DNA from: Patescibacteria group bacterium
Lineage (GTDB): Bacteria > Patescibacteriota > Microgenomatia > UBA1400 > PJMF01
Reading direction: 5' to 3'
Length of the DNA: 64,000 bases
Assembly (NCBI GenBank): GCA_016861205.1
Contig: BOKX01000001.1
Coordinates: 895,835-959,834, forward strand
Under the pieces are notes generated by a model that saw only the letters and a program-made list of their open reading frames with translations, had not been told where the DNA came from and searched no databases. This document shows positions 44,519 through 56,200 of this stretch, one piece after another. The first letter of the stretch is position 1; every line of letters begins with the position of its first letter. Both the position numbers and the translations under genes were made by a program.

Positions 44519-46624
44519 TTAGCGAAGGTCAGAGTTTTGAAGTGGGGTGGTTTGGTCGACTGGAACTTGGTTGTTTCCTGGGTTGACGGTATCTTGCTGA
44601 TCAGCGTTAACAGTTTCATTCAAAATAGATAGATCATCAGTCAGGGCTGAACGACTTGCTTCTTGGTTGACTGGGTTGGGGGAAGCTGCCGGTCGAGTAC
44701 TGCTTGGCTTGGCAGATGCTGTAGCTTCAATAGCTGCAGTCAAACTTTGGATTTCAGCCATAATTTTTTCTCTATCGGGTGAGTCAGCTGGCATGATAGT
44801 CAACAGTTGCTCATAGACAGATTTAGCGTCAGCCAGTAGGTTCAGTTTTTGCAGCACGTTGCCTAGGTTGTAGTACGCGTTGGCATAGTCTGGCTTCAAC
44901 TGGATTGCCTGTTGGAAGAGGTTAACAGCTTGATTGTCCTGGTTTTGACTGTAAAACACGCCACCCAGTTCAAATCGCAGGTAAGGGTCGGTGGGGGCTA
45001 CTACAATGGCTTGAGTGTAGGCACTCACGGTCCATTGTTCGGCATCGTTAGCGACCCCGATCAACTGGCGGTAGATTTGAGCCAATACTTGCCAGTTCAC
45101 ACTGTCACCAGGATTAATGAAGGTCGCTGCCCGAGCTTCTCGGATGGCCTGTTGGATCAGTTGTGAGACTTGGGTTCGCTCATTTTCGGTGATGTCGGAC
45201 TTGTTAGCCAGCGCAGCAGCGATCTGGATATTGGTCTGAGCGTAGCGAGACCGATAGGAATCCATGTACGGGTTAAATTGGGTGGCTTTCTGCTGGTAGG
45301 TGTATGTCCGAACGGCATCGTTTTGTTGAGCAGCAATCAAGGCCTGCAAACTATAGTATGAGGCGATAGCTGCTCGAGTTATGCCGAAACCGCTGATGGC
45401 AACGATTAGAAGTCCAATACCGACCAAAACAGCTAAGCTGATCTGGTTTTGTCGGTGATGAGACTGCAAAGCTTGGTGATGATCAACAATACTAACGGTG
45501 AGAGCGTGAATCCGAGCTTCTCGCTCACGGCTGTTCGCGATGAAGGCAGCCAGCGCAACCGCCAACAGAGTAATGATGAGTGGGCTGGAAGGCCACAGGA
45601 TCAAACAGCCAATAGCCACCAAAGCTGCTGCCATGAATGGCCAGTGTTGGGGTGAGCTCTTGCGGCTGGTGCGAAACACCTGAACAGCGAACCAAACCCA
45701 AGTAGCTAAACCAAGTAAGCCGGTGGTGATCCACAAGGTTAGTGGGGTGTTGGTTCCTTGAATGAAGCGAACACCAGCCAAGGTTCCGGAGTTTAAGCTG
45801 GCTGGTTTGAACTGATTGAAAGCGACCTCAAAACTATCGGTGCCAACACCAATCAAAGCAGCTCGGGGGTTACGAAGAACATCAATGGCAATCGACCAGT
45901 TGGCGGCTAGTGGCAGGGTGACTGGTTGACCAGCTTGACCGGGCATGATTTGCCAGCCAGTGACCGCTAACCCCAAGATCATGACTACAGTACTGAGCAC
46001 TACCCACCAAGCAGTTGATTTGCGGGTGACGGCCCAAGTGACGACTGTTGCTAAGAAAACCAGTAAAGCTTCAAATGCGATCAAGGTAGAGCCAGCTAAG
46101 TTGAGCGCGGGATTGGACTCCAACTGGATTGGTAGGAAAAGGCTGAGGAACCGAGCTGGCAGACCCAAGCTAACTTGCGCTAACGTTGTGGCTGCCAAGA
46201 TGGTGCCGGCAGCTGCGAACGCCCACACTAATGACTGTGTCGATTTGGTTGAGAGCAGGGAGCCACCTAGTACTACTACTATTATGGCTGCTAAGTACAT
46301 ACCACCCATACCGAGTAAATTTTCCACTGGATAGACGCCGGTGAAGAAAATGGAGAGAATGACACTCACCCCAAACGCGAGTACCGCGGGAATGAGGGAG
46401 TTCAAGGTCAGGGAAATATACTTGCGATACCAGCTGGCTACCCAGAATAAAGCCATGATGATCAAGGCAGCAACACTCAAGAATATATTTTTGCTAGTCA
46501 GAAAAAAGTTGTCAAAAGCCGGTATGACGAGCACCGGCATAACGATGACGATTGCCATCATGATCGAGAGGGCAACTTGGCTAATCCAAGCAGAAGATTT
46601 AGACTCAGGAAGCATAGAAACCAT
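44519..46624 (-). CDS. O-antigen ligase (Wzy_C)/PglL-like polytopic membrane protein with C-terminal TPR repeats
   Basis: About 12 hydrophobic helices in the N-terminal 400 aa. C-terminal TPR units, e.g. AIQLKPDYANAYYNLGNVLQKLNLLADAKSVYEQLL. This architecture is common in Gram-positive and CPR genomes. Confidence 0.7.
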   Translation of the reverse strand: MVSMLPESKSSAWISQVALSIMMAIVIVMPVLVIPAFDNFFLTSKNIFLSVAALIIMALFWVASWYRKYISLTLNSLIPAVLAFGVSVILSIFFTGVYPVENLLGMGGMYLAAIIVVVLGGSLLSTKSTQSLVWAFAAAGTILAATTLAQVSLGLPARFLSLFLPIQLESNPALNLAGSTLIAFEALLVFLATVVTWAVTRKSTAWWVVLSTVVMILGLAVTGWQIMPGQAGQPVTLPLAANWSIAIDVLRNPRAALIGVGTDSFEVAFNQFKPASLNSGTLAGVRFIQGTNTPLTLWITTGLLGLATWVWFAVQVFRTSRKSSPQHWPFMAAALVAIGCLILWPSSPLIITLLAVALAAFIANSREREARIHALTVSIVDHHQALQSHHRQNQISLAVLVGIGLLIVAISGFGITRAAIASYYSLQALIAAQQNDAVRTYTYQQKATQFNPYMDSYRSRYAQTNIQIAAALANKSDITENERTQVSQLIQQAIREARAATFINPGDSVNWQVLAQIYRQLIGVANDAEQWTVSAYTQAIVVAPTDPYLRFELGGVFYSQNQDNQAVNLFQQAIQLKPDYANAYYNLGNVLQKLNLLADAKSVYEQLLTIMPADSPDREKIMAEIQSLTAAIEATASAKPSSTRPAASPNPVNQEASRSALTDDLSILNETVNADQQDTVNPGNNQVPVDQTTPLQNSDLR

Positions 46625-46679
46625 TAAACAACCTCAATGGGTTGTTGTAAAGCCATGAGTTCTTGTATAGCATAGTAGT

Positions 46680-47378
46680 ATGCAACCTCGTAAGGCAGTT
46701 AATCAAGCCGGTTTGACTATGATTGAACTGCTACTGGCTCTGGGAATTGTCTCAATTTTGCTCATCGCCGCTTATTTCCTGATGCAAACTCAGATGTCGC
46801 GTTCCCGCGACGCCCGACGCAAAGCTGATTTAGAGAAGATCAAAGTAGTTTTTGAAGACTACTACAATGACAACACGTGTTATCCACCTGCCGATGTTTT
46901 GTTGAACTGCAATGCCAACACCTTAAACCCGTATTTAGATAAAGTGCCTTGTGATCCAACGGGGGAGCCGTATCTCTACCAACCAGAGGCAGATCGTTGT
47001 GCCGGCTATCGTATTTACGCGCGAATTGAAGAACCAGATGATGAAAATGTCGTTGATCTAGGCTGTGATGGAGCAAATGGCTGCGGAATTGGGGCGGGCT
47101 TTGAAGCCTACAACTACGGAGTTTCTTCGGGTGTTCCGGTGACTACACAGGCAGCTGGTGGGTCCAATCCCACCCCTTCGCCAAGTGGCGGTGGCGCTTC
47201 ACCTTCGCCGACCTCTGGGGTCTATGTCTGTGTTCCTGTGTGTAACGTCGCTACTCAAGATTATGCAGATAACTGTGAAGTCACGTTTACCAACTCAAAT
47301 TGTGACAATGCCTGTGGCTCATCTGCCAACTGGTGTGAGTACGCGATCAGCGGCGGAGCCGGGGGCGGGGGTGGCTGA
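46680..47378 (+). CDS. Type IV pilin-like protein 1 (prepilin leader, Cys-rich, S/T/P-rich segment)
   Basis: Class III signal MQPRKAVNQAG|LTMIELLLALGIVSILLIAAYF with Glu at +5. Ser/Pro/Thr-rich tract GSNPTPSPSGGGASPSPTSG. Eight Cys residues near the C-terminus. Confidence 0.8.
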   Translation: MQPRKAVNQAGLTMIELLLALGIVSILLIAAYFLMQTQMSRSRDARRKADLEKIKVVFEDYYNDNTCYPPADVLLNCNANTLNPYLDKVPCDPTGEPYLYQPEADRCAGYRIYARIEEPDDENVVDLGCDGANGCGIGAGFEAYNYGVSSGVPVTTQAAGGSNPTPSPSGGGASPSPTSGVYVCVPVCNVATQDYADNCEVTFTNSNCDNACGSSANWCEYAISGGAGGGGG

Positions 47379-47950
47379 TGAAAATCGCAGGCAAAAAATA
47401 CTCTTATCGCACCTTAGATACAACTTACTCAAGACAAAGTGGTTTCACTTTGATCGAAATTCTAGTGGTGATGGTGATCATTGGTATTCTGGCTACCCTG
47501 GGGGTAGGGAGCTTCCAAACTTCACAGCAGAAATCGCGCGATGCGCGGAGAAAATCTGATTTGCGACAAATTGGTTTGGCCCTCGAGGCCTACTACAATG
47601 ATTACGGACAGTATCCGCTGAGTACCGCTGACAATCGCATCAACGGGTGTGCGGGTGGGGCTTGTACTTGGGGAGAGCAGTTTGCTGATGCTAATGGTAC
47701 GGTGTATATGGTCCAGTTGCCTGAGGATCCCAAAACCACCTTTACCTACTATTACTATGCCCCAAGTCCAACTGAGTATCAGCTCTACGCTCGGCTAGAG
47801 AACAACTTGGATCAGAGTGTTCCGACCGATGCTCAAAACAATCCGCAAGTCTATCAGAACCTCGACTGTGGGGCGTATACTTGTAACTACGGGACTTCCA
47901 GTGTTAATACTACCCCCGCCACTGGCCAGACCTTAGTGGACGATACGTAA
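47378..47950 (+). CDS. Type IV pilin-like protein 2
   Basis: Prepilin signal ...SRQSG|FTLIEILVVMVIIGILATLGVGSF, then ...QKSRDARRKSDLRQIGLALEAYYNDYGQYP (pilin alpha1-beta loop pattern). Its start overlaps the previous stop as ATGA. Confidence 0.8.
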   Translation: MKIAGKKYSYRTLDTTYSRQSGFTLIEILVVMVIIGILATLGVGSFQTSQQKSRDARRKSDLRQIGLALEAYYNDYGQYPLSTADNRINGCAGGACTWGEQFADANGTVYMVQLPEDPKTTFTYYYYAPSPTEYQLYARLENNLDQSVPTDAQNNPQVYQNLDCGAYTCNYGTSSVNTTPATGQTLVDDT

Positions 47951-47951
47951 T

Positions 47952-48455
47952 ATGATCAAGTCCTACCTACCTCAACCCAGTTTAGTTCGTCGCCAGGCGG
48001 GTTTTACCCTGATCGAGATCTTGGTGGTTATTTCAGTGATCGGTATTTTGGCAGGTTTGTTGTTGACGAACTTTGTCGGTGTTCGCGAGCGGGCAGCAGA
48101 TACCAGCCATAAGAATGACTTGCGTCAGCTCAAAACCGCGCTGCGTCTCTACTACAATGACGTAGGAAGTTATCCTGATGCCGGAGCTGGAGCCACCATT
48201 CAAGGTTGTGGTAGCCCTGCCGGCACATCTGTATGTGCTGATGCTTTCTCATCAGGTACAACTGTTTACATGAATGAGTTGCCGGCTGACTTTGCTTACT
48301 ACAGTGATGGCATTGATAGCTTTTTGCTAGTGACTACTCTGGCGAACGCATCTGATGAAGACATTACTGCCAGCGTGAACCGCTGCGACCCAGCTAGTCG
48401 CGGATATTTCGGTCAGACGATTGGTCCGACGGACTACTTTGTGTGTGAAGACTAG
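47952..48455 (+). CDS. Type IV pilin-like protein 3
   Basis: Prepilin signal ...RRQAG|FTLIEILVVISVIGILAGLLLTNF, then ...HKNDLRQLKTALRLYYND. Confidence 0.8.
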   Translation: MIKSYLPQPSLVRRQAGFTLIEILVVISVIGILAGLLLTNFVGVRERAADTSHKNDLRQLKTALRLYYNDVGSYPDAGAGATIQGCGSPAGTSVCADAFSSGTTVYMNELPADFAYYSDGIDSFLLVTTLANASDEDITASVNRCDPASRGYFGQTIGPTDYFVCED

Positions 48456-49320
48456 GTTCAGGTGAGTTGGCATTCGCAAATGCGGCTTGCAGTGCTTCGA
48501 TATTCGGTCGGTAGACAGCAATTCGCCCGCCTCCAATTTGCTCTATCTCATCATACTCGCCACCCAGTTCATATCGTCTGGCCACATCGCCAATAGTGCC
48601 TGCCATCAGTTGTGAGCGACCGAACTTGTTGGCTGTGATTGGTTGGAGTTGGCCTGTTTCCTCATCCGTAGCAATTTCTCGCACCGTGGCTGAATGAATG
48701 AGTTGTCCAGAGCCGTCATAAAAAAGCACGACATCGCCAACAGCTATGTGTGTGGGGTCGACCACATTTTCGCCAAAACCCGCTTCAAATGAATCAGTTT
48801 CTGTTACCAACTCAGAAAATTGGATAACTAGTGAGTCGACACCAGCCTCGAGCCAAGAATTGCGATCGCCCCCGAAAGAAACTCCGGCGCGTTTTTCCAA
48901 CAGCTGGAGGGTGTAGCTGTGGCAGTTAAAGTTCGGGTTGGCCAGGTCTGACAAATACTGCATTGTTTCGGCTGGCGGATTGTTGATTTGTTCGTCAGCG
49001 TAACGGCGGACATCCATGTTGTAGACGTAAAAGCTGAGGTCGATCTCGATGGTCTCACCATCGGTGGTGTGACAGGTGATCGTTGTGTTCTTGGAGGCTG
49101 CATCGAAAGACATGGCGATATCACACACCAGTTGGTCGAGATCTTGAGCGTCGGTGACCCCGTGGGGGAAGAGGAGGCCCAAGGCCACTAGAATGGTGAG
49201 TAGAGCTTGCTTGCGGTAGGCGAGAAACTCAGTGGTTTTTTGAGTTAGCTCAGACCAGTTGATCTGCACCAAAGCTTGCGACTCAGTTGGCTGAAGTTCG
49301 GGGACTGGTTTTTCAGACAT
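48394..49320 (-). CDS. Hypothetical membrane-anchored protein (308 aa)
   Basis: N-terminal TM helix ALLTILVALGLLFPHG. Its 3' end overlaps the 3' end of pilin gene 3 by 62 bp (convergent overlap). Confidence 0.5.
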   Translation of the reverse strand: MSEKPVPELQPTESQALVQINWSELTQKTTEFLAYRKQALLTILVALGLLFPHGVTDAQDLDQLVCDIAMSFDAASKNTTITCHTTDGETIEIDLSFYVYNMDVRRYADEQINNPPAETMQYLSDLANPNFNCHSYTLQLLEKRAGVSFGGDRNSWLEAGVDSLVIQFSELVTETDSFEAGFGENVVDPTHIAVGDVVLFYDGSGQLIHSATVREIATDEETGQLQPITANKFGRSQLMAGTIGDVARRYELGGEYDEIEQIGGGRIAVYRPNIEALQAAFANANSPEPSLHTQSSPSDQSSDRNIRD

Positions 49321-49394
49321 CGCTTGATTGTAGCAAAAACAAGATCAGGTGTGTCCCGTACTCAGTCGCTTGACCTCATCAAAGGCAGAAGCTC

Positions 49395-50132
49395 TTAAGG
49401 AATCAGGTGGCCTTCGCAAGTGTTGCCGTTTGCATCAGAGTTAGTGCCATCAGGGCAAGTGGTATTTGACCAAATGGGGTTCTCACGATTGGCTGTATTG
49501 ACATTGAGAGCCCCCGTTAAATTGGCGTTCGTAAAGTTGGTTTCAATTAAGGCGGTGTTGAAAAGGTTGGTGCCCTGTAAGTTTGCGCCGGTGAAGTTGA
49601 CTTGCTGAAGTCCCGAGTTTCTGAAACTGGCGCCAGCCACGTTTGCTCCGGTGAAGTTTGAGCCACTAAGGCCGCTATTTTTTAGTCTGGCCTCTGTCAA
49701 GTTGGCCCCGGAAAAGTTGACATTGTCCATATTATTGCTATTGATAACAGCTTTGATCAGACTCGCTCCACTAAAATCAGCATTCCTCAAGTCACTAGTT
49801 GCAACGTGGAGTGAGTCCAGGTTTACTCCAACAAATGAGCTAACATTGGCACGGCTTAACAAATCTTCCACCTCACAAGCAACGCAAATGAGAGTGCTCG
49901 TGCCAGAACTGGGGAAGTCTTTTGGCCAGCTCAAGAGAGTTTCTTGGTGCCGGCACTCTGTATCTGGTGGCACAATCCGAATGTTGGGTGCGTTAAAAAT
50001 GGTGGGGCGAACACAGGCGTAGATCCGATTTGACTCAACACCCTGAGCGTGGACAACAGCGACGGCAGCTGGTAACAAAAGCCCGCCTAAAAAAGCGGCG
50101 CTGGTGAGGAAGAGAGTTTTGGGAGTGAACAT
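49395..50132 (-). CDS. Secreted pentapeptide-repeat protein
   Basis: Signal peptide MFTPKTLFLTSAAFLGGLLLPAAVAVVHAQG. About 20 consecutive A(D/N)LxG-type pentapeptide units (NADFSGASLIKAVINSNNMDNVNFSGANLTEARLKNSGLSGSNFTGANVAGASF...). Confidence 0.8.
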   Translation of the reverse strand: MFTPKTLFLTSAAFLGGLLLPAAVAVVHAQGVESNRIYACVRPTIFNAPNIRIVPPDTECRHQETLLSWPKDFPSSGTSTLICVACEVEDLLSRANVSSFVGVNLDSLHVATSDLRNADFSGASLIKAVINSNNMDNVNFSGANLTEARLKNSGLSGSNFTGANVAGASFRNSGLQQVNFTGANLQGTNLFNTALIETNFTNANLTGALNVNTANRENPIWSNTTCPDGTNSDANGNTCEGHLIP

Positions 50133-50202
50133 GGATTAAGTATCACACTTACCGAGGCTTTATCCAATGAACATGCGATATGCAACAACTCACTTTTTGA
50201 GT

Positions 50203-53200
50203 TTAGTTCAGTAGCCACCAGGTGAACTGGACGTCTCGGTCGGGCAGGGCGGTGTCAAAGCCGACCACGAACTGACCTTCTTTTTCAGAGGTGCTTGGGT
50301 TTTCAGGAGTGATTGACTTGACGTACAGGACTTGGTTGTTGGTTGAGCCGAGTGGGGTGACCTGGACGACTGTTTCACTGGTGATTTGCTCAGACTTGAT
50401 GACCATTTCGGTCTGGCCTTGTTTGACGACAGCCTTACCTGAGGTCTTGGTGGTTTCGGCTTGGTTCTCGTTACCACTCAAGTCTTGGGCGCCGACCCCG
50501 ATACCGCCAGCGAAGTTGGCGCGGCCGTCGGCTGAGATGGTGGCGACTGGGGTGCCAAGCTCGTCGACGATCTCGAAGCGTGACTCACGGACTTCGCCAG
50601 ACTCGGTGGCTACGCCAGCGACTTTGACTTGCAATGGGTTGGTGAAGTCAGTGGGTTGGATCAGATCAGTTAGGAGGCTGTCCTCAACAGTCACGGTACC
50701 AGCCACGGTTAGGTCACCCGTCACGATGACTTGGCCGTTTGACTTCAAGCTAAGTAAGCCAGCCATCATCGACAGCGTACCTTGGCCATGAGGTTGAATT
50801 TCAAACACGGTCTCGGCTGGGTTAGCAGAGTCTAAGTAGCTCAAGACACCATCGCTCAGCTGGGTACCTTCACCGATCAGCAGTTGGTTGGCAATGCCCA
50901 CTGAGTCACCGAAGTAGGCAGAGCCGTTGACCTCGAAGTAGCGGTTGATGAAGGCAGCATCGGCACCGATTGAGACGTCAGTGCTGGCTAAGTTGAGGTC
51001 GCTGAGTGACTTGTTCATGATGGCAGAGCCAGTGGCCGAGTAGCCAGCTTGGTCGATGACTGAGAATAGGGAGGCGACTGAGGCAGCGGTGGAAGCGTTA
51101 TCAGGTTCGCCGAGCAGTTGAGCCAACAGAGACGGTTTCTGAATGGCGGTGGCCACTTTGTCGTCAAAGCCGTCAATGTTGTCGGCGTACAAAGTGCCAG
51201 AGATGGTGGCGGTGATCAACTCAGCGGTGTCCGCCTTGATCTGTTCGAACTCAGCCACTTTGCCCTCAAGTGCAGCGATACGAGCTGAGGTGGCGTCGAG
51301 TTGACCGGAGATAGTAGCGGTACCACTGATACTGGCATTGTCACTCAAGAGTGAGCCTAGGCGAGAGGTGCCGTTGACAGTCAAGTCGCCCGCCAGCTGG
51401 GTGTTGCCTTGGTCGTCGATGCTGGCCACTGGTTGGTTGTTTTGGTTAGTGACCTGGAAGCGGTCATTGTTGTCACTCAGTTTGACGTTAACAGTGTCGC
51501 CAACTGGAGTGATGAGGTCAGTTTTAACCTCTGGAGTTTGGATGCGGACCTCAGCCAAGAGCTGGCGAGTGCGAATCACGCCGGCTTTTAGGTTGGCCAC
51601 GGCTAGTTCAGCAAAAGCATCAACTTTCTCGAGCAGATTGCCGTTGTAGCTGGCATTGTAGGTGGCGGTGGCCACAGGAGCGGAGTCATTGCCAGCGATA
51701 GTTACGTCACCGCTCGAAGTAATCCGGATGCTTGGGTCGAAGTAGGAGGTGTTAACAAACACCATGACTTTTCCGGTGCCGGCCTGTGGTTCGGGCAGAG
51801 GTTGACGCTCTGATGAACCAGCTAACCGATCCTGCTCAACTTTAAGTGTTCCAGCTGAGAGTTTATGGGTGCCATCATAAGCTTCAAGGGCATAGCCGAT
51901 AATTCGGCCGGCCTTGGTAGCTTTCATGGCCACACCTGGTTGACTGGCAGAGGTTAATGGATCGCCAACGGCAATTGGGCCATTTTCTAGACTGACCTTG
52001 ACTGGCACGCGTCCAACCAAGGCCACTGGTTGAGTATCAACCACTTCGCCGCCCTCAGTATCGCCCCATCCCGCTACTAATCCTGGGTCAGTGGAAATGA
52101 CGCCTACTACCATGCTGTCATAACTGACGCCTGAGCTCTTGCTTAGGGTTTTTCCAGGTTCAGCAACAGGTGCTGTGGTAATGGCTACCAAGTCACCCTC
52201 TTCAGCGTTGCCCAAAACTTTGTACATTTCGGCTACGTCAGCACCGCCACCGTTCCAGGCTCCATCAGCGTAAGCCTGACCATTGGTTTCAAGACGATAT
52301 TCATTGTCTGGGGTGCCGTCTTCGTCAGTTCGCAGTAGCATAAAGTACTCGTTCGCGGTGCCCACATCGTTGGTTGACCAAGCTGACATAACCTCAAATG
52401 TGCTAAGCAAGTGCGATCCAACACTGGTGCCCGTCGCCCCGAACGGTGTGCCACCTTCACTGGTTACCCACAATCGTGTTCCACCACCTTGAGTGGTGCC
52501 GATAGCCACCGAGCCATTGTTCCTGACTGACATGACGTGGCGGCCACTAACGCCTGCCCGGAAGATATCGCCACTACCATTGTTTTCAACTCGCAAGCCG
52601 ACACCACTGGTTGAGCCTGAGAAGGTGGCAATTGGTAGTGATGAGGAGTAACCACGAACATCAACAGCTCCCAGCAGATTAGCATTTGGGGTGTTAACAC
52701 CCATGCCACCACTGTTGGTGAGGACAAAGCGGGTGGTACCTGAGGCTGAGGCAGTAAACAGGTCACCATTAGACTCGGTTTGGTTAATGGTCAAGACAGC
52801 CTTGCCGAAGGCAGGGGTGTCGCCACCAGTTTGGAGGTGGAGTAAACCTAAGTATGATCGACTGTCACCGAGGATAGTCCGATTTGTGACCCCATCAATA
52901 TGGAGAGCGTAGGAACCGTTGGAGCCGGGGTCACTCAGGTAGTAGTTATTGAGGATAAACTCATCAGCGCCACTATCAGCTGAAATTTGCCATAAGTTAC
53001 CTAGCTCAGTTGCTCCATCATTGTGACTAAAGATGATGTTTGAGGCACCACCGTCAACTGAACTCATCTGGAACTCAGCGTACGGATCGCCACCAGCGAA
53101 GGATCGGAACATCATGGTGGCTCGAGTAGAAGCTCTCTCAAAGTGGAGTCCGTAGGCAGGGGCGGTAGTGCCGATACCCAGGTCACCGTTACCGAGCAAA

Positions 53201-56200
53201 GTCAGATCGGCCGCGTTGTCATTGTTGCGAACTTGGAAGACAGTTTCGGCGGCGGCCAAATCAACTACCCCGGTGCCCGATCGGCGGGCGCCAGTTAGCA
53301 TAATCATCGGTACAGTGTCTGTGGGGTTGGTAGAGCCAGAGTAGCCGCGCAGTTCGAGTGCCTGTGCGCCAGAGACTTGGTCAGCAAACCCAGTTAACAT
53401 GGCTCCACCGTTGGTGCCAGAGATTGCCCCGATGTGGAAGATGGTGTTCGTGGTGGTCACGCCAGTGATGCCGTGCGCCACATCAGCATCACCCATGGCA
53501 AAGGTGGTGTCACCCGAAGTGGTGACCAAGTGCAAGTTGTAGGTCGGGGCAGTAGTGTTGATGCCAACTCGACCGACGCCGTTAAGCGGGTTGAGATAGA
53601 TGTTGCCGGTAGTGGCGCCGCCAATGGTTATAGGTCGGCTACTTGTCGATCGAATGGTACCCCCAGATCCACCTAGAGTGATGTCACCAGAAATAGAAGC
53701 TGTTGGAAAACCACCACTGACGTTATTTAGGAAGGCAAAGTTAGCACTGTCAGTGGCTAAGCCACCAACTAGGAGGTCGAGCGTGTTGTTGGTGGGACTC
53801 AGTGCGCCCTGATACAGTCGCCAGTAGGCACCCAGCGAAGTTTCTGGGTTGGCCCAGGTGAGGGTGCCTGAACCGTTCGTCTGGAGAATGTAGCCAGCTG
53901 TTTGTGATGTTGGCCAGGTGTAGGCTAAGTTGCCAAAGACCGTCGTGCCATCTACTTCCAAGTCACCTTGAATGTAGAGATCATTGTCAGTGCTCATACT
54001 GCCGGAGGCACCAGCCGTTGAATCAGCCATCAGGTTGTAGTTCACCGTACTGCCATTACCGCCGATGTTCAAAATCGCATCAGCACCGAAGATGGCATCG
54101 CCAGCAATGTTAAGAGCGGTGCCAGTAGCAGCTGGGTCGAGATAGAAGGCTTCGTTAGCCATATCAGAAAAGCGCTGAGCGATGGCGTACCCATTAGTGT
54201 CAACTCGGAAGCGTGTCACGCCAGAAACTGAGGCTGACAGAATGTCGCCTGAGTTGAGCTGGTCGATGACCAGGGCCGCATTGGAGCTGTAGTTGCCAAC
54301 CACATGGAGATCTGCGTGGGGAGCGGTGGTGCCGATCCCGACGTTGCCATCTGAGTTAATATGAAGTCGGTCAATCCCACTAGTCATGAGGGCAACATCT
54401 GTCCATGAACCATGAGCTGCAAAACGGGCAGTGGTTCCCGAGAAATCAACTGTTTGTGCACCGCCGAGTCGGAAATCGGTGGAAGCGTTGACATATCCAT
54501 TGCCAGTAATGTTGCCGACGACTTGCAGCGCCTGGCTTGGACTCGTCGTCCCAATCCCGACGTTGCCACTGGGGAGAATGGTCATCGCGGTCGTCCCATC
54601 AGACACAAAACTCAGATTACCGGTGTTGGCGTCACCGAGTGTCAGAGTGCGCTGGTTGGTGGTGGCAATCACCCCAGCTGAGTTGAGCGTAATATTGCCC
54701 GAGATACTGGCAGTAGGTGTACCTGAGTTGACATTGATGAAGGCAAAGTCAGCGCTGCTCGAGGCGCTCCCGCCGATGAGCAGATCAGTGGTGTCGTTAG
54801 CGGGAGAGAAGGCACCATCAATGATTCGCCAGTAGTTAACAGCTTGAGAGGTGGAAGCGATGCCCACCCAGGTACTGCCATTATAGTAGTAGGGAATGTT
54901 GTCACCCGTGTTGTAGTACATCGAGCCGGCACCAAGTGCAGTCGGGTTTGAGCCAAAGTTGCCGATGCGTGTCTGGCCTGCAATCGAGACGTTTTGACTA
55001 AAGTTAAAGTAATCACTGGTCGTGTTGTAGCTCATGATGCCCTCATCACCGCTTGAGCCGATGTGGAGGCTACTGGGGCCAAGGTACAGATCTTGCCAGC
55101 GTAAGGTGTCGCTGCCCAAGTCGCGAGTGTCATTCCCATCGGGCAAGAGGTTGCCCACAATTTCCACGGTGCCAGCGGTCAGGCTAAGGGTGCCATCGAC
55201 ATCGTTGTCGATAGTTTCGCCGTTTTGGAATGAGATGTCGGTAGTGACGTCAGCGTCGGCGATGTTGATAGCGTTGACGATGCCACCGGAGATGTTACCG
55301 CTGTTGGTAATGTATATGGCATTTTGCACGACCGTTGAGCCTGTGCCTGAGGTATCTTGGTTGTCGAGTCGGAGAAGCGCAGTGACGTTGTTGTCGGTGG
55401 TGTTAGAAGTACCCATGTTTCTGACTTGAAGAGCGTACTCGGTGTTTCCAGAAGTTGATGGATTGTTGGTTAATCGGACATCAACCCCGGCCAGGTCCGT
55501 CGTGCCGCTACTGTTGCTGTTGGTAACGTTGAAAATGTTGGCAGTTATGCCGCCAGTCCCAGCTGGGTTATAGGTGGATGAAAAGTACGAGGCAATTCCG
55601 GTGGTCATAGTGTTGGAAATTACAGAGTAGCCAATTCCAGCTGTACCTGTGTACTCCTGTTGCCAGGGGTAACTTCCTTGACTCAGCAAGAATTGATTAT
55701 CAAGCGTGGGACTGTCAACGAACTCGGTGAAATCAATACAGTCGGTACAGCTGAAGTCGCTGGCGGTGACGGTAGCATTGGTAAAGTTGACCACAGTGCC
55801 ATCAGCTTCGAGGTTGCCCTCGATGTACAGGTCGTCGTCACTGTCCATACTGGCCGAAGCGCCGGCAGTTGAGTCGCCGATCACGTTGTAAGCCACGTCT
55901 GAGCCTGAGCCACCGACGTTGAAGGTGTTGGTATCGGTAAAGATCAGGTCGCCGCCACCGATATTGAGGGTCAGGTCACCAGTGGTGGTTTGGAGGGTGC
56001 TGGCTTGATAGAGAACTAGATTGCCGGCGTTACTTAAGCTCAGTCGTCGTGTGCCAGAAGCAGAAGCAGCCAGGATATCGTCAGAGCCAGTTTGATTGAA
56101 CATGGCTAGGGCGTTGCCAGCGGCATTTGCCGTGCCAGTGACGACAAATCTGCCCAGAGGTGCAGTGGTACCAAAACCAACGTTACCACCTCTAGTCATA

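Noticed and set aside
46625-46680. Candidate promoter for the pilin operon (TTGTAA ... TATAGC).
   Set aside because: The spacing and -10 quality are poor (15-nt spacer, TATAGC). It is not confident enough to list as a feature.
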